Below, piece by piece: positions 52,201 through 63,624 of a stretch of DNA of 64,000 nucleotides. This DNA is from Malacoraja senta (taxonomy: Eukaryota): the NCBI GenBank assembly GCA_038087875.1, contig CM075995.1:9984001-10048000 (forward strand), read 5' to 3'. Every line of letters begins with the position of its first letter. Position 1 is the first letter of the stretch. Made by a program: the position numbers and the translations under genes. Below the pieces are notes generated by a model. It was given only the letters and a program-made list of their open reading frames with translations, searched no databases and had not been told where the DNA came from.

Positions 52201-53475
52201 GTCACCCTGGAGCCATGTCTCCGTGATCCCAACTATATCATATTCATTAATAACTATCTGCACATTCAACTCATCCACCTTATTACGAATGCTCCTTGCA
52301 TTGAGACACAAAGCCTTCAGGCTTGTTTTTTACTACACTCTTACCCCTGATACAATTATGTTGAAAAGTGGCCCTTTTTGATTTTTGCCCTGGATTTGTC
52401 TGCCTCCACTTGTACTTTTCACCTTGCTACCTATTGCTTCTACCCTCATTTTACACCCCTCTGCTCATGCTCCCATCCCCCTGCCACATTAGTTTAAATC
52501 CGCCCCGACAGCACTAGCAAACATTCCCCCCAAGGGTGAGTACAGAGAAGGTTCACCAGACTGATTCCTGGGATGTCAGGACTTTCATATGAAGAAAGAC
52601 TGGATACTCGGCATGTACTCGCTAGAATTTAGAAGATTGAGGGGGGATCTTATAGAAACTTACAAAACTCTTAAGGGGTTGGAGAGGCTAGATGCAGGAA
52701 GATTGTTCGCGATGTTGCGGAAGTCCAGGACTAGGGGTCACAGTTTAAGGATAAAGGGAAAATCTTTTAGGACCGAGATGAGAAAAACATTTTTCACACA
52801 GATAGTGGTGAATCTCTGGAATTCTCTGCCACAGAACGTAGTTGAGGCCAGTTCATTGCTATATTTAAGAGGGAGTTAGATGTGGCCCTTGTGGCTAAAG
52901 GGATCAGGGGGTATGGAGAGAAGGCAGGTACAGGATACTGAGTTGGATGATCAGCCATGATCATATTGAATGGCGGTGCAGGCTCGAAGGGCCGAATAGC
53001 CTACTCCTGCACCTATTTTCTATGTTTCTATGTTCCATTCCAGCCCAGGTGCAGACCGTCCTGTTTGTACTGGTCCCATCTCCCTCAGAACTGGTTCCAA
53101 TGCCCTAGAAATTTGAATCCCTCCCCCTTGCATCATTTTTCAAGCCACGTATTCATCTGCAATATCCTCCTATTTCTACTCTGACGAGCACGTGGCACTG
53201 GTAGTAATCCAGAGATTATTACCTTTGAGGTCCTACTTTTAAGTTTATCTCCTAGCTCCCTAAATTCTCCTTGTAGGACCTCATCCCGTGTTTTACCTAT
53301 ATCGTTGGTGCCAATCTGCACCACGACAACTGGCTGTTCACCCTCCCCCTCCAGAATGTTCTGCAGCCGTTCAGTGACATCCCTGACCCTTGCACCAGGG
53401 AGGCAACATACCATCCTGGAGTCTCGTTTGCGGCCGTAGAAACGCCTATCTATTCCCCTTACAATTGAATCCCCT
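49289..53475 (-). mobile_element. CR1 LINE, 5'-truncated within ORF1
   Basis: - strand GDSIVRG...GTNDIG (SGNH esterase ORF1), APE endonuclease (ITETWL, YRPP-like), RT and 3' UTR; carries small insertions at about 50885-51062 and 52538-53032. Confidence 0.95.
52538..53032 (+). mobile_element. CR1 3' fragment nested antisense in the CR1 above
   Basis: GAGTACAGAGAAGGTTCACC...TATGTTTCTATG; host sequence resumes at ttccattccagccc. Confidence 0.9.
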
Positions 53476-53596
53476 AGATGCAGGGTGGGGGCGGGAAAAA
53501 TGGAGGGGGGAGGGGGGAAGACAAGGGGGAGGGAGAGACAGTGACAGTTGGGGGGGGAGAGAGAGAGAGGGAGAGGGGGAGGGGGAGGGGGAGAGG

Positions 53597-53630
<34 letters not shown>

Positions 53631-53631
53631 C

Positions 53632-53743
53632 CTTTGAGATGAAGACAACCGGGCTGACAGATGCCAAAGGGATGGCTGGCGTGGTCACTGCCCCCCACAA
53701 TGCTCAGGCCCAGCGGCCCACCCGTCTTCAGCAACGTCACCTC
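53632..53743 (-). CDS. SCRIB: SCRIB PDZ3 N-terminal exon (apparent 1-nt insertion)
   Basis: ccccag|EVTLLKTGGPLGLSIVGGSDHASHPFGICQPG(+T)VFISK|gtatct; 112 nt, where 111 would keep the frame. Confidence 0.95.
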
Positions 53744-54160
53744 CTGGGGGCAGAGAGATACCACATGTTGAGGGGGGGGGTGACCCAACATCCTGCCCCA
53801 GTGGGTAGGTATCACTACCCCCCTTGGCCTATAGCACTGACCCTCCGCTCGCCTCCCTGCCCATCAGTAAAGCCACGTTACTCCATACAGGGGACTGCAC
53901 CCTCCTCCATCACCAACCCATTACTCTTCCCCTCACCACTGCTCGCAGCCCTCTGTCCCCCTGCCTCAGCCCATGCCCCATTACTCCCCCAGCCCTGTCT
54001 CCCCCCCCCATCCGTCACCCGTGCCACCAGTCCTACCCGCTCTCGCCAGCCTGACACACATCTCTGCAGCCCCCTCACCCCCCTCTCTTCCCCTCCATGT
54101 CCCCTCCACACCCAGCCCATCAACTATCCCCGTCCCCCCACCCTCCTGTCCCCTCTTCAC

Positions 54161-54790
54161 CTCCACGGGGTACTGGTCCTCGGTGACCAGGTGGTTCAGC
54201 AGTGTGCCGCTGGTTTCGGTGATGCCGGGGCTGATGATGTTCCCGGCGATGCCCGGGCTGGCAGTGACAACATGCCCGGTGATGCCAGGACTGCCGGCAG
54301 AGCCAGTACTGATGTTGCCGGTGATGCCGGGGCTGCCGATGATGATGGAGGTGCCGGTGATGCCGGTGATTCCAGGGCTGCCAGCAGTGCCAGTGCCGGT
54401 GACGCTGGTGGTGCCGGTGATTCCAGGGCTGCCGGCAGCGCCAGTGCCGGTGATGCTGGTGCTGCCGGTGATGCTGGAGGTGCCGGTGATTCCAGGGCTG
54501 CCGGCAGCGCCAGTGCCGATGATGATGGAGGTGCCGGTGTTGCCGGGACTGCCAGCATTGTTGGTGAAGATGTTGCCGGGGCTGTCGGGGTTCATCGGGC
54601 AAGGCTGCCGGTGGGGGTGGGGACGGAGGCAGGCCGGGTGCCGGGGTGGGAGAGCCGGGCACAGTGCCGTCGGCTGGCTGGTCAGCCTCGGGCAGCTGGC
54701 GCTCACGACCAGTGTGATGGTGGGCGCTGTGCCCGTAAGGAGAGCTACTGCCTGGTCATGCCTGGCTTCTGCCATCTCTACCCCATTGAT
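54161..54790 (-). CDS. SCRIB: SCRIB PDZ2 end and PDZ2-PDZ3 linker exon with internal repeat expansion
   Basis: ttgcag|INGVEMAEARHDQAVALLTG...EDQYPVE|gtgaag; 630 nt, open, phase 0-0. Confidence 0.88.
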
Positions 54791-55640
54791 CTGCAAAACA
54801 CGCGCAAACGGACAGTCAGCCCGGCTCAGCCACTCACACCACCGGCATACCAGCTCGCAACAGTTGCAGAATGTGCACACTCCACACAGACAGCACCCCA
54901 GCTCACCACCAAACCCGGGTTTCTGGTGCCTGTAATACCCGCTATGCCGCTCTTAAGCAGTGAGCAAGACTGATGAGGGCAGAGGTAGGTCATATCTACA
55001 TACATGGAGTTAAACTACGTCACCACTCTATCCACCACTGTCTGGGACCAGTGACCTTACACCCAGGGTCCCTCTACACATCACCACCCTTCACCTCCTG
55101 CCCTTTACTCTAAATATTGCCCTGTCTCTGCTCTGCCCGATGATCCAGTTACGCTGCTCCGTGTCCTTCAGCACCCATCCTGTCTCCAACTCCCTTCACT
55201 CCTGGTGTCAATGACAAATGCTGCAAGTCTAAGCACTGAACCCTGCTGTACACCACCGGTTACTAACGCCATCAGAGAAACAAACAACCCTCCACCTCTG
55301 CCCCCATCACCCCAGCCACTCCACAATCAGTGTGGCTGCCACATGTCCCGTCCACGATCCCTACATCCCCGTGCTATGGTCCGTGTCCCGTCCACGATCC
55401 CGTGCCACAGTCCGTGTCCCGTCTACGATCACTACATCCCCATGCTATGGTCCGTGTCCCGTCCCTGATCCCGTGCTATGGTCCGTGTGCTCCAGGTCTA
55501 CGTAACCTCTTCAAATACACATCGAACTGAAATGTCAGCTGCGAGTCTTAAAAAGGGTCCCGACCCGAAACATCGTCTGTCCACTCCCTGCTTAGACATT
55601 GCCTGAGCTGCTGGGACCTTTGTTGCTGTAGTTCACTCAT

Positions 55641-55952
55641 GTGTGACGCCAGAGACCCTCACTCCTGTGTGACGCCAGAGACCCTCACTCCCGTGTGACG
55701 CCACAGACCCTCACTCCTGTGTGACGCCACAGACCCTCACTCCTGTGTGACGCCACAGACCCTCACTCCTGTGTGACGCCACAGACCCTCACTCCTGTGT
55801 GACGCCACAGACCCTCACTCCTGTGTGACGCCACAGACCCTCACTCCTGTGTGACGCCACAGACCCTCACTCCTGTGTGACGCCACAGACCCTCACTCCT
55901 GTGTGACGCCACAGACCCTCACTCCTGTGTGACGCCACAGACCCTCACTCCT
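55641..55952. repeat. 26-bp minisatellite, about 12 copies (GTGTGACGCCACAGACCCTCACTCCT)
   Basis: Near-perfect tandem copies. Confidence 0.97.
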
Positions 55953-56968
55953 GCAGGTCACTCCTGTGTGATGCCACAGAGACCCTCGCTGCAGCCCGTT
56001 CATCAGAGAGCATAGAATGGACACAGGCAGCGGCTGCCGCTCTGTCTATTGAGAGTGACGGACACCGTGGAAGGATTAGACCCTGGGCCTTGATCTAGAT
56101 CTTGAAGTCATGCACAGAACACAGAAGCGCTGAGTAAAGCTGAGAGGTTAGCGCCCCGCCAAGGAGGATGTACCACGGGTAAAGGATTGCAGAGAGATGT
56201 GGCAGAGCAGACAGAAGCCACCACTGACCACACAGTAACACCTCTCACTGGAGCCGCTGGCCTGGTAACCCATGCTGTTGACCAGGCCAGCATTTTAAAT
56301 CAGAAGCCCACCACCACACACACATGCAGGGCAGAGAGAGGAGAGGGCACGCATCCATCCCCCTGCAGCTCAGGAGAACAGTTAGCAAACAGCCAGGGCC
56401 GCTGTAGGGAAAGTGCCCAGAGACACAAGCAGGGCCTGGGGAGCAGGTCCTGGGGAGAGGGGGGCCAGGAACAGGGGAGCCACGGGGAACAGGAGCCTAT
56501 GGACTGTTGGCGGCAGAAACTCTGACTGGCTCTGGTCACATCTGAACCTTCTCCACACTCCCCCAAACCCTTCCTCACTTCCCACATCCCCCCTCAGAGA
56601 GGGAGGGCGGGCGTAGGAGAGGCCAAGGGTGGGATGGAGAGTGTTTGAGGGATAGGAGGATGTTAGAGAGAGTGAGGGCTCGCGTGGGTGGGCAAGAGAG
56701 GGAGTGGGGCATGTGGGAGGGATAGAGTGGGAGGGAGAGTGTAGGCGGTAGGGTTTGGAGGAGGGAGGGTATGGGAGTGAGGGAGGGGTGTGGTGAGTGA
56801 GGTGATGAGTGAGGGACAGGGGCAGGAGCTATGTGACGGGGAGGAGGGGGTGGGGAGGAGTGGGGCCGGGAGGGTGATGAGGAAGGACAGAGGGGTCGGA
56901 ACGAGGATATGGGGAAGGTGTGCCGGGGTAGGGGGGAAGGACAGAGGGGCCAATGCGATGAGACTCAC

Positions 56969-57049
56969 CGAGATGACACAGTCACCGACACGCAGGATGC
57001 CGTCCCTGTGAGCACAGCCGCCCTCCGCTAACCGCGAGATGAAGATGGC
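56969..57049 (-). CDS. SCRIB: SCRIB PDZ2 middle exon
   Basis: ttacag|AIFISRLAEGGCAHRDGILRVGDCVIS|gtgagt; 81 nt. Confidence 0.95.
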
Positions 57050-57380
57050 CTGTAACACACGTTACACGTGGCGTCATACACATGGCCCGAGTTAGAACAT
57101 TACAACAGTAGAGTTGAATAGAGCTGAGAAATTATAAGGGCAAAAAGACCCTGAGTTATTACAGGCCCCCAAACTATAAGCCAGGATATAGGGTACAAGT
57201 TGGCATGTAAGAAAGGCTATGCTATGAAAGGTCATGGGAGATTTCAATATGCAGGTAGACGGGGAAAATCAGGTTGGTACTGGACCCCAAGAAAGGGAGT
57301 TTGTAGAGGGCCTCCTAGATGGATTCTTAGAGCAGCTTGTAGTGAAGCGTACCAGGGAGAAGGCAATTCTGGATTTAGAG

Positions 57381-57697
57381 ACCTGGGTGGTGAGTTATAA
57401 ATCGAGCGTGGGGCTTGCTTTCAGAGGCCCAGGGAGCCGTTGGTGAGAGGAGGAGTTACCTGGGTGGTGAGTTATAAATCGAGCATGGGGCTTGCTTTCA
57501 CAGAGGCCCAGGGAGCCGTTGGTGAGAGGAGGAGTTACCTGGGCGGTGAGTTATAAATCGAGCGTGGGGCTTGCTTTCACAGAGGCCCGGGGAGCCGTTG
57601 GTGAGAGGAGGAGTTACCTGGGCGGTGAGTTATAAATCGAGCGCGGGGCTTGCTTTCACAGAGGCCCCAGGGAGCCGTTGGTGAGAGGAGGAGTTAC
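57381..57697 (+). repeat. Four 77-80-bp monomers at the CR1 5' end
   Basis: ACCTGGG(T/C)GGTGAGTTATAAATCGAGC...GAGGAGGAGTT starting at 57381, 57458, 57537, 57616. Confidence 0.92.
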
Positions 57698-57841
57698 CCA
57701 AATCTACAGCGTTCCATCTCACTTCCAGAGAAGGGGTCTGGTGGAAGCCTCTGATTAGTGGAAACCTCTGATTGGTGAAGAGGACCAGAGGAAGCAGCTG
57801 ATTGGGTGCAACCCTAGGTTTGCATTTCTGCTTTCAGGTTA

Positions 57842-58270
57842 AGGGTTCAGTGAGTTGAGGGTTCAGTGAGTTGAGGGTTCAGTGAGTTGAGGGTTCAGTG
57901 AGTTGAGGGTTCAGTGAGTTGAGGGTTCAGTGAGTTGAGGGTTCTGTGAGTTGAGGGTTCAGTGAGTTGAGGGTTCAGTGAGTTGAGGTTCAGTGAGTTG
58001 AGGGTTCAGTGAGTTGAGGTTCAGTGAGTTGAGGGTTCAGTGAGTTGAGGGTTCAGTGAGTTGAGGTTCAGTGAGTTGAGGGTTCAGTGAGTTGAGGGTT
58101 CAGTGAGTTGAGGGTTCAGTGAGTTGAGGGTTCAGTGAGTTGAGGGTTCAGTGAGTTGAGGGTTCTGTGAGTTGAGGGTTCAGTGAGTTGAGAGTCCTGT
58201 GAGTTGAGGGTTCAGTGAGTTGAGGTTTCAGTGAGTTGAGGGTTCAGTGAGTTGAGGGTTCTGTGAGTTA
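57842..58270. repeat. 16-bp minisatellite (GAGGGTTCAGTGAGTT) in the CR1 5' UTR
   Basis: About 27 tandem copies. Confidence 0.97.
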
Positions 58271-61200
58271 AGGGTACAGTATTTATTAGTAAAGGTACAG
58301 TTTAAAGGATAAAGATTTTTATAGTGTGAGGGAGTTGATTTAATTTGGGAGTAAGCTATGTCAGTGGAGATTGGCCCCGGGGTTTGCTCAGCCTGCAACA
58401 TGTGGGAGATCAGGGATATTGTCGGTGTCCCTGGTGACTACGTTTGCAGAAAGTGTGTCCAGCTGCAGCTCCTGGCAGACCACATTGAACGATTGGAGCT
58501 GCGGTTGGATTCATACTGGAGCATCCACGATGCTGAGAAAGTCGTGAATAGTACATACAGTGAGTTGGTCACACCGCAGGTAAAAGGTAAGAGGACAGAA
58601 AGGGAACGGGTGGCCAATAGCCAGCATAGCAGTAGGCAGGTAGTGCAGGAGTCCCCTGCGGTCATCTGCCTCCTAAACAGATATACCATTTTGGATACTG
58701 TTGGGGGAGATGGCTCATCAGGGGAAGGCAGCAGCAGCCAAGTTCATGGCACCATGGGTGGCTCTGCGACACAGGAGGGGAGAAAAAAGAGTGGAAGGGC
58801 AATAGTAATAGGGGATTCCATTGTAAGGGGAATAGATAGGCGTTTCTGCGGCCGCAAACGAGACTCCAGGATGGTATGTTGCCTCCCTGGTGCAAGGGTC
58901 AGGGATGTCACTGAGCGGCTGCAGAACATTCTGGAGGGGGAGGGTGAACAGCCAGTTATCGTGGTGCACATTGGCACCAACGATATAGGTTAAAAAAGGG
59001 ATGAGGTCCTACAAGGCGAATTTAGGGAGCTAGGAGATAAACTTAAAAGTAGGACCTCAAAGGTAATAATCTCTGGATTACCACCAGTACCACGGGCTAG
59101 TCAGAGTAGAAATAGGAGGATATTGCAGATGAATACTTGGCTTGAAAAATGGTGCAAGGGGGAGGGATTCAAATTTATAGGGCATTGGAACCAGTTCTGG
59201 GGGAGGTGGGACCAGTACAAACAGGACGGTCTGCACCTGGGCTGGAATGGAACCAATGTCCTTGGGGGAGTGTTTGCTAGTACTGTCGGGGAGGATTTAA
59301 ACTAATGTGGCAGGGGGATGGGTGCAAGAGGAGAGAGGCAGAGGGGTGTAAAATGAGGGTAGAAGCAATAGGTAGCAAGGTGAAAAGTAAAAGTGACAGG
59401 CAGACAAATCCAGGGCAAAAATCAAAAAGGGCCACTTTTCAACATAATTGTATAAGGGGTAAGAGTGTTGTAAAGACAAGCCTGAAGGCTTTGTGACTCA
59501 ATGCAAGGAGCATTCGTAATAAGGTGGATGAGTTGAATGTGCAGATAGTTATTAATGAATATGATATAGTTGGGATCACGGAGACATGGCTCCAGGGTGA
59601 CCAAGGCTGGGAGCTGAACATCCAGGGATATTCAATATTCAGGAGGGATAGACAGAAAGGAAAAGGAGGCGGGGTAGCGTTGCTGGTTAGAGAGGATATT
59701 AACGCAATAGAAAGGAAGGACATTAGCTTGGAGGATGTGGAATCGATATGGGTAGAGCTGCGAAACACTAAGGGGCAGAAAACGCTAGTGGGAGTTGTGT
59801 ACAGGCCACCTAACAGTAGTAGTGGAGTTGGGGATGGCATCAAACAGGAAATTAGAAATGCGTGCAACAAAGGTAAAACAATTATAATGGGTGACTTCAA
59901 TCTACATATAGATTGGGTGAATCAAATTGTCAGGGGTGCTGAGGAAGAGGATTTCTTGGAATGTATGCGGGATAGTTTTCTAAACCAACATGTAGAGGAA
60001 CCAACGAGAGAGCAGGCTATTCTAGACTGGGTATTGAGTAATGAGGTAGGGTTAGTTAGCAGTCTTGTTGTGCGTGGCCCCTCGGGCAAGAGTGACATAA
60101 TATGGTTGAGTTCTTCATTAGGATGGAAAGTGACATTGTTAATTCAGAAACAAGGGTCCTGAACTTAAGAAAGGTGACTTTGAGGGTATGAGACGTGAAT
60201 TGGCCAAGATACTGGCAAATGATTCTTAATGGTTGACGGTGCATATGCAATGGAAGGCATTTAAAAACTGCATGGATGAACTACAACAATTGTTCATCCC
60301 AGTTTGTCAAAAGAATAAATCGGGGAAGGTAGTGCATCCGTGGATAACAAGGGAAATCAGGGATAGTATCAAAACAAAAGATGAAGCGTACAAATTAGCC
60401 AGAGAAAAGCAGCCTACCAGAGGACTGGGAGAAATTCAGAGTTCAGCAGAGGAGGACAAAAGGCTTAATTAGGAAAGGGAAAATAGATTATGAAAGAAAA
60501 CTGGCAGGGAACATAAAAACTGACTGCAAAAGTTTTTATAGATATGTGAAGAGGAAAAGATTAGTTAAAACAAATGTAGGTCCCTTGCAGTCAGAAACAG
60601 GCAAATTGATCATGGGGAACAAGGACATGGCAGACCAATTGAATAACTACTTTGGTTCTGTCTTCACTGAGGAAGACATAAATAATCTGCCGGAAATAGC
60701 AAGGGACCGGGGGTTAAATGAGATGGAGGAACTGAGTGAAATCCAGGTTAGCCGGGAAGTGGTGTTAGGTAAATTGAATGGATTAAAGGCCGATAAATCC
60801 CCAGGGCCAGATAAATTGCATCCCAGAGTACTTAAGGAAGTAGCCGCAGAAATAGTGGATGCATTAGTGATAATTTTTCAAAACTCTTTAGATTCTGGAG
60901 TAGTTCCTGAGGACTGGAGGGTAGCTAATGTAACCCCACTTTTAAAAAAGGGAGGGAGAGAGAAAAAGGGGAATTACAGACCAGTTAGTCTAACATCGGT
61001 GGTGGGGAAAATTCTGGAGTCAGTTATTAAAGATGGGATAGCAGCACATTTGGAAAGTGGTGAATTCATTGGACAAAGTCAGCGTGGATTTATGAAAGGT
61101 AAATCATGTCTGACGAATCTTATAGAATTTTTCGAGGATGTAACTAGTAGAGTGGATAAGGGAGAACCAGTGGATGTGTTATATCTGGACTTTCAGAAGG

Positions 61201-63025
61201 CTTTCGACAAGGTCCCACATAAGAGATTAGTATGCAAACTTAAAGCACACGGTATTGGGGGTTCAGTATTGGTGTGGATAGAGAACTGGCTGGCAGACAG
61301 GAAGCAAAGAGTAGGAGTAAACGGGTCCTTTTCAGAATGGCAGGTAGTGACTAGTGGGGTACCGCAAGGCTCAGTGCTGGGACCCCAGCTATTTACAATA
61401 TATATTAATGATCTGGATGAGGGAATTGAATGCAACATCTCCAAGTTTGCGGATGACACGAAGCTGGGGGGCAGTGTTAGCTGTGAGGAGGATGCTAGGA
61501 GGCTGCAAGGTGACTTGGATAGGTTGGGTGAGTGGGCAAATGCATGACAGATGCAGTATAATGTGGATAAATGTGAGGTTATCCACTTTGGTGGCAAAAA
61601 CAGGAAAGTAGACTATTATCTGAATGGAGTACAGAGAAGGTTCACCAGACTGATTCCTGGGATGGCAGGACTTTCATATGAAGAAAGACTGGATAGACTC
61701 GGCTTGTACACGTTAGAATTTAGAAGATTGAGGGGGGATCTTATAGAAACTTACAAAACTCTTAAGGGGTTGGACAGGCTAGATGCAGGAAAATTATTCC
61801 CGATGTTGGGGAAGTCCAGAACTAGGGGTCACAGTGTAAGGATAAGAGGGAAGTCTTTTAGGACTGAGATGAGAAAATCATTTTTTACACAGAGAGTGGT
61901 GAATCTGTGGAATTCTCTGCCACAGAAGGTAGTTGAGGCCAGTTCATTGGCTATATTTAAGAGGGAGTTAGATGTGGCCCTTGTGGCTAAAGGGATCAGG
62001 GGGTATGGAGAGAAGGCAGGGATGGGATACTGAGTTGGATGATCAGCCATGATCATATCGAATGGCGGTGCAGGCTCGAAGGGCCGAATGGCCTACTCCT
62101 GCACTTATTTTCTATGTTTCTATGTAATGGGCCCAATTTAATAAAGGAACCATTAGGAGGTAGCGACCACAACATGATAAGTTTTAATCTGCAATTTGAA
62201 AGGGAGAACATGAAATTGGATGTGTTGGTATTACAGCTGAGCAAAGGGGACTACAGAGGCATGAGGGAGGAGCTGGCCACAGTTGATTGGAAAGGGACCC
62301 TAGCAGGGGTGACGGCGGAACAGTGACGGCAGGAATTTCTGGGAATGATCTGGAAGATGCAGGATCTTTTAATTCCAAAGAAGAAGATAGATTCTAGGAG
62401 AAAGAGGCGACCATGGCTGACAAGGGAAGTCAAGGACAGTATAAAAAACTAAAAGTGAAGGTATATAACATTGCAAGGATTAGTAAGAAGCCAGAGGATT
62501 GGGAAGCTTTTAAAGAACAACAGAAGGTAACTTAAAGGGCAATACGGGGAGAATAGATGAAATACGAAGGTAAGCTAGATAAAAAATAAAATAAAAGAGT
62601 TTCTTCAGTTATATAAAGAGTAAGGAAGAGACAAGAGTGGACGTTGGACCGCTGGAGAATGATGCAGGAGAAGTGATAGTGGAGAATAAAGAAATGGCAG
62701 AGGGGTTGAATAACTTTTTTGCATCAGTTTTCACAGTGGAAGACACCAGCAACGCGCCTGAAATTCAAGTGAGTCAGGGGGTGGAAGTTAGTGGAGTGGC
62801 TATTACTAGGGAGAAGGTGCTTGGGAAGCTGAAAGGGCTGAAGGTGGATAAGTCACCTGGACCAGATGGACTGCACACAAGGGTTGTGAAAGGTGGTTTT
62901 AGAGATTGTGGAGGCATTAATGGTGATATTTCAGGAGAGATCACAGATGATTGGAAAATAGCCAATATTACCCCTGCACAAGAAGGGAGCAAAGCAGAAT
63001 AGTGGGAACTATAGGCTGGTTAGTC

Positions 63026-63624
63026 CATGTAGAAATTACAGCTGTGTTTATACATAGACCCCCCATTTCAGGGCACCATAATATTTTGGGAACATGGCTT
63101 CACAGGCATTTGTAATTGCTCGGGGGTGTTTAAATGCCTCCTAAATGCCTCCTTAAGTGAGCTCTCAGCACCTAGTCTTTCCTCCAGCCTTTCCATCACC
63201 GTTGGAAACTTTTATTGCTGTTTATCAACATGAGGACCAAAGTTGTGCCAATGAAAGTCAAAGAAGCGATTATGAGACTGACAAACAAGAATAAAACTGT
63301 GAGAGACATCAGCCAAACCTTAGGCTTACCAAAATCAACTGTTTTGGAACATCATTAAGAAGAAAGAGAGCACTGGTGAGCTTATTAATCGCAAAGGGAC
63401 TGGCAGGCCAAGGAAGACCTCCACAGCTGATGACAGAAGAATTCTCTCTATAATAATGAAAAATCCCCAAACACTCTGTCCGACAGATCAGAAACACTCT
63501 TCAGGAATAAGGTGTGGATTTGTCAATGACCACTGTCCGCAGAAGACTTCATGAACAGAAATACAGAGGCTACACTGAAAGATGCAAACCACTGGTTAGC
63601 CGCAAAAATAGGATGGCGTGGTTA
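63026..63624 (+). mobile_element. Tc1 fragment, same family as 1-1521
   Basis: ccatgtagaaattacagc..atttcagggcaccataat and gtcaatgaccactgtccgcagaag match the element at the window start. Confidence 0.9.

Larger units (their letters stand above)
57381..62125 (+). mobile_element. Near full-length CR1 LINE (5' UTR, ORF1 zinc finger plus SGNH esterase, ORF2 APE-RT), disabled
   Basis: ORF1 58358-59305 (CxxC..CxxC, GDS, GTND, DGLH; one TAA at 58991); ORF2 about 59305-62033 with stops, frameshifts and an internal deletion at 61627; ATGTTTCT tail. Confidence 0.96.
57100..63025 (+). mobile_element. Older CR1 ORF2 fragment (57100-57378 and 62126-63025) hosting the young CR1
   Basis: MGDFNMQVD...REKAILDL breaks off at 57378 and resumes EPLGGSDHNMISF...DKSPGPDG after 62125. 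Confidence 0.85.

Noticed and set aside
53390..54973. 527-aa + strand ORF (and the overlapping 320-aa ORF)
   Set aside because: Antisense shadow of the GC-rich SCRIB repeat exon plus CR1 and simple-repeat sequence; no independent domain
55641..55952. Regular 26-bp repeats resembling a CRISPR array (also 57842-58270)
   Set aside because: Head-to-tail units without unique spacers, no cas genes, vertebrate context
58358..59305. Stand-alone SGNH esterase or zinc-finger host gene
   Set aside because: It is ORF1 of a CR1 LINE, a known domain arrangement, and carries a nonsense codon
61620..61635. CR1 internal deletion explained by splicing (ATG|GT...AG|GG)
   Set aside because: A spliced product would read AATGGGAGT, but the assembly has AATGGAGT; GG microhomology fits better
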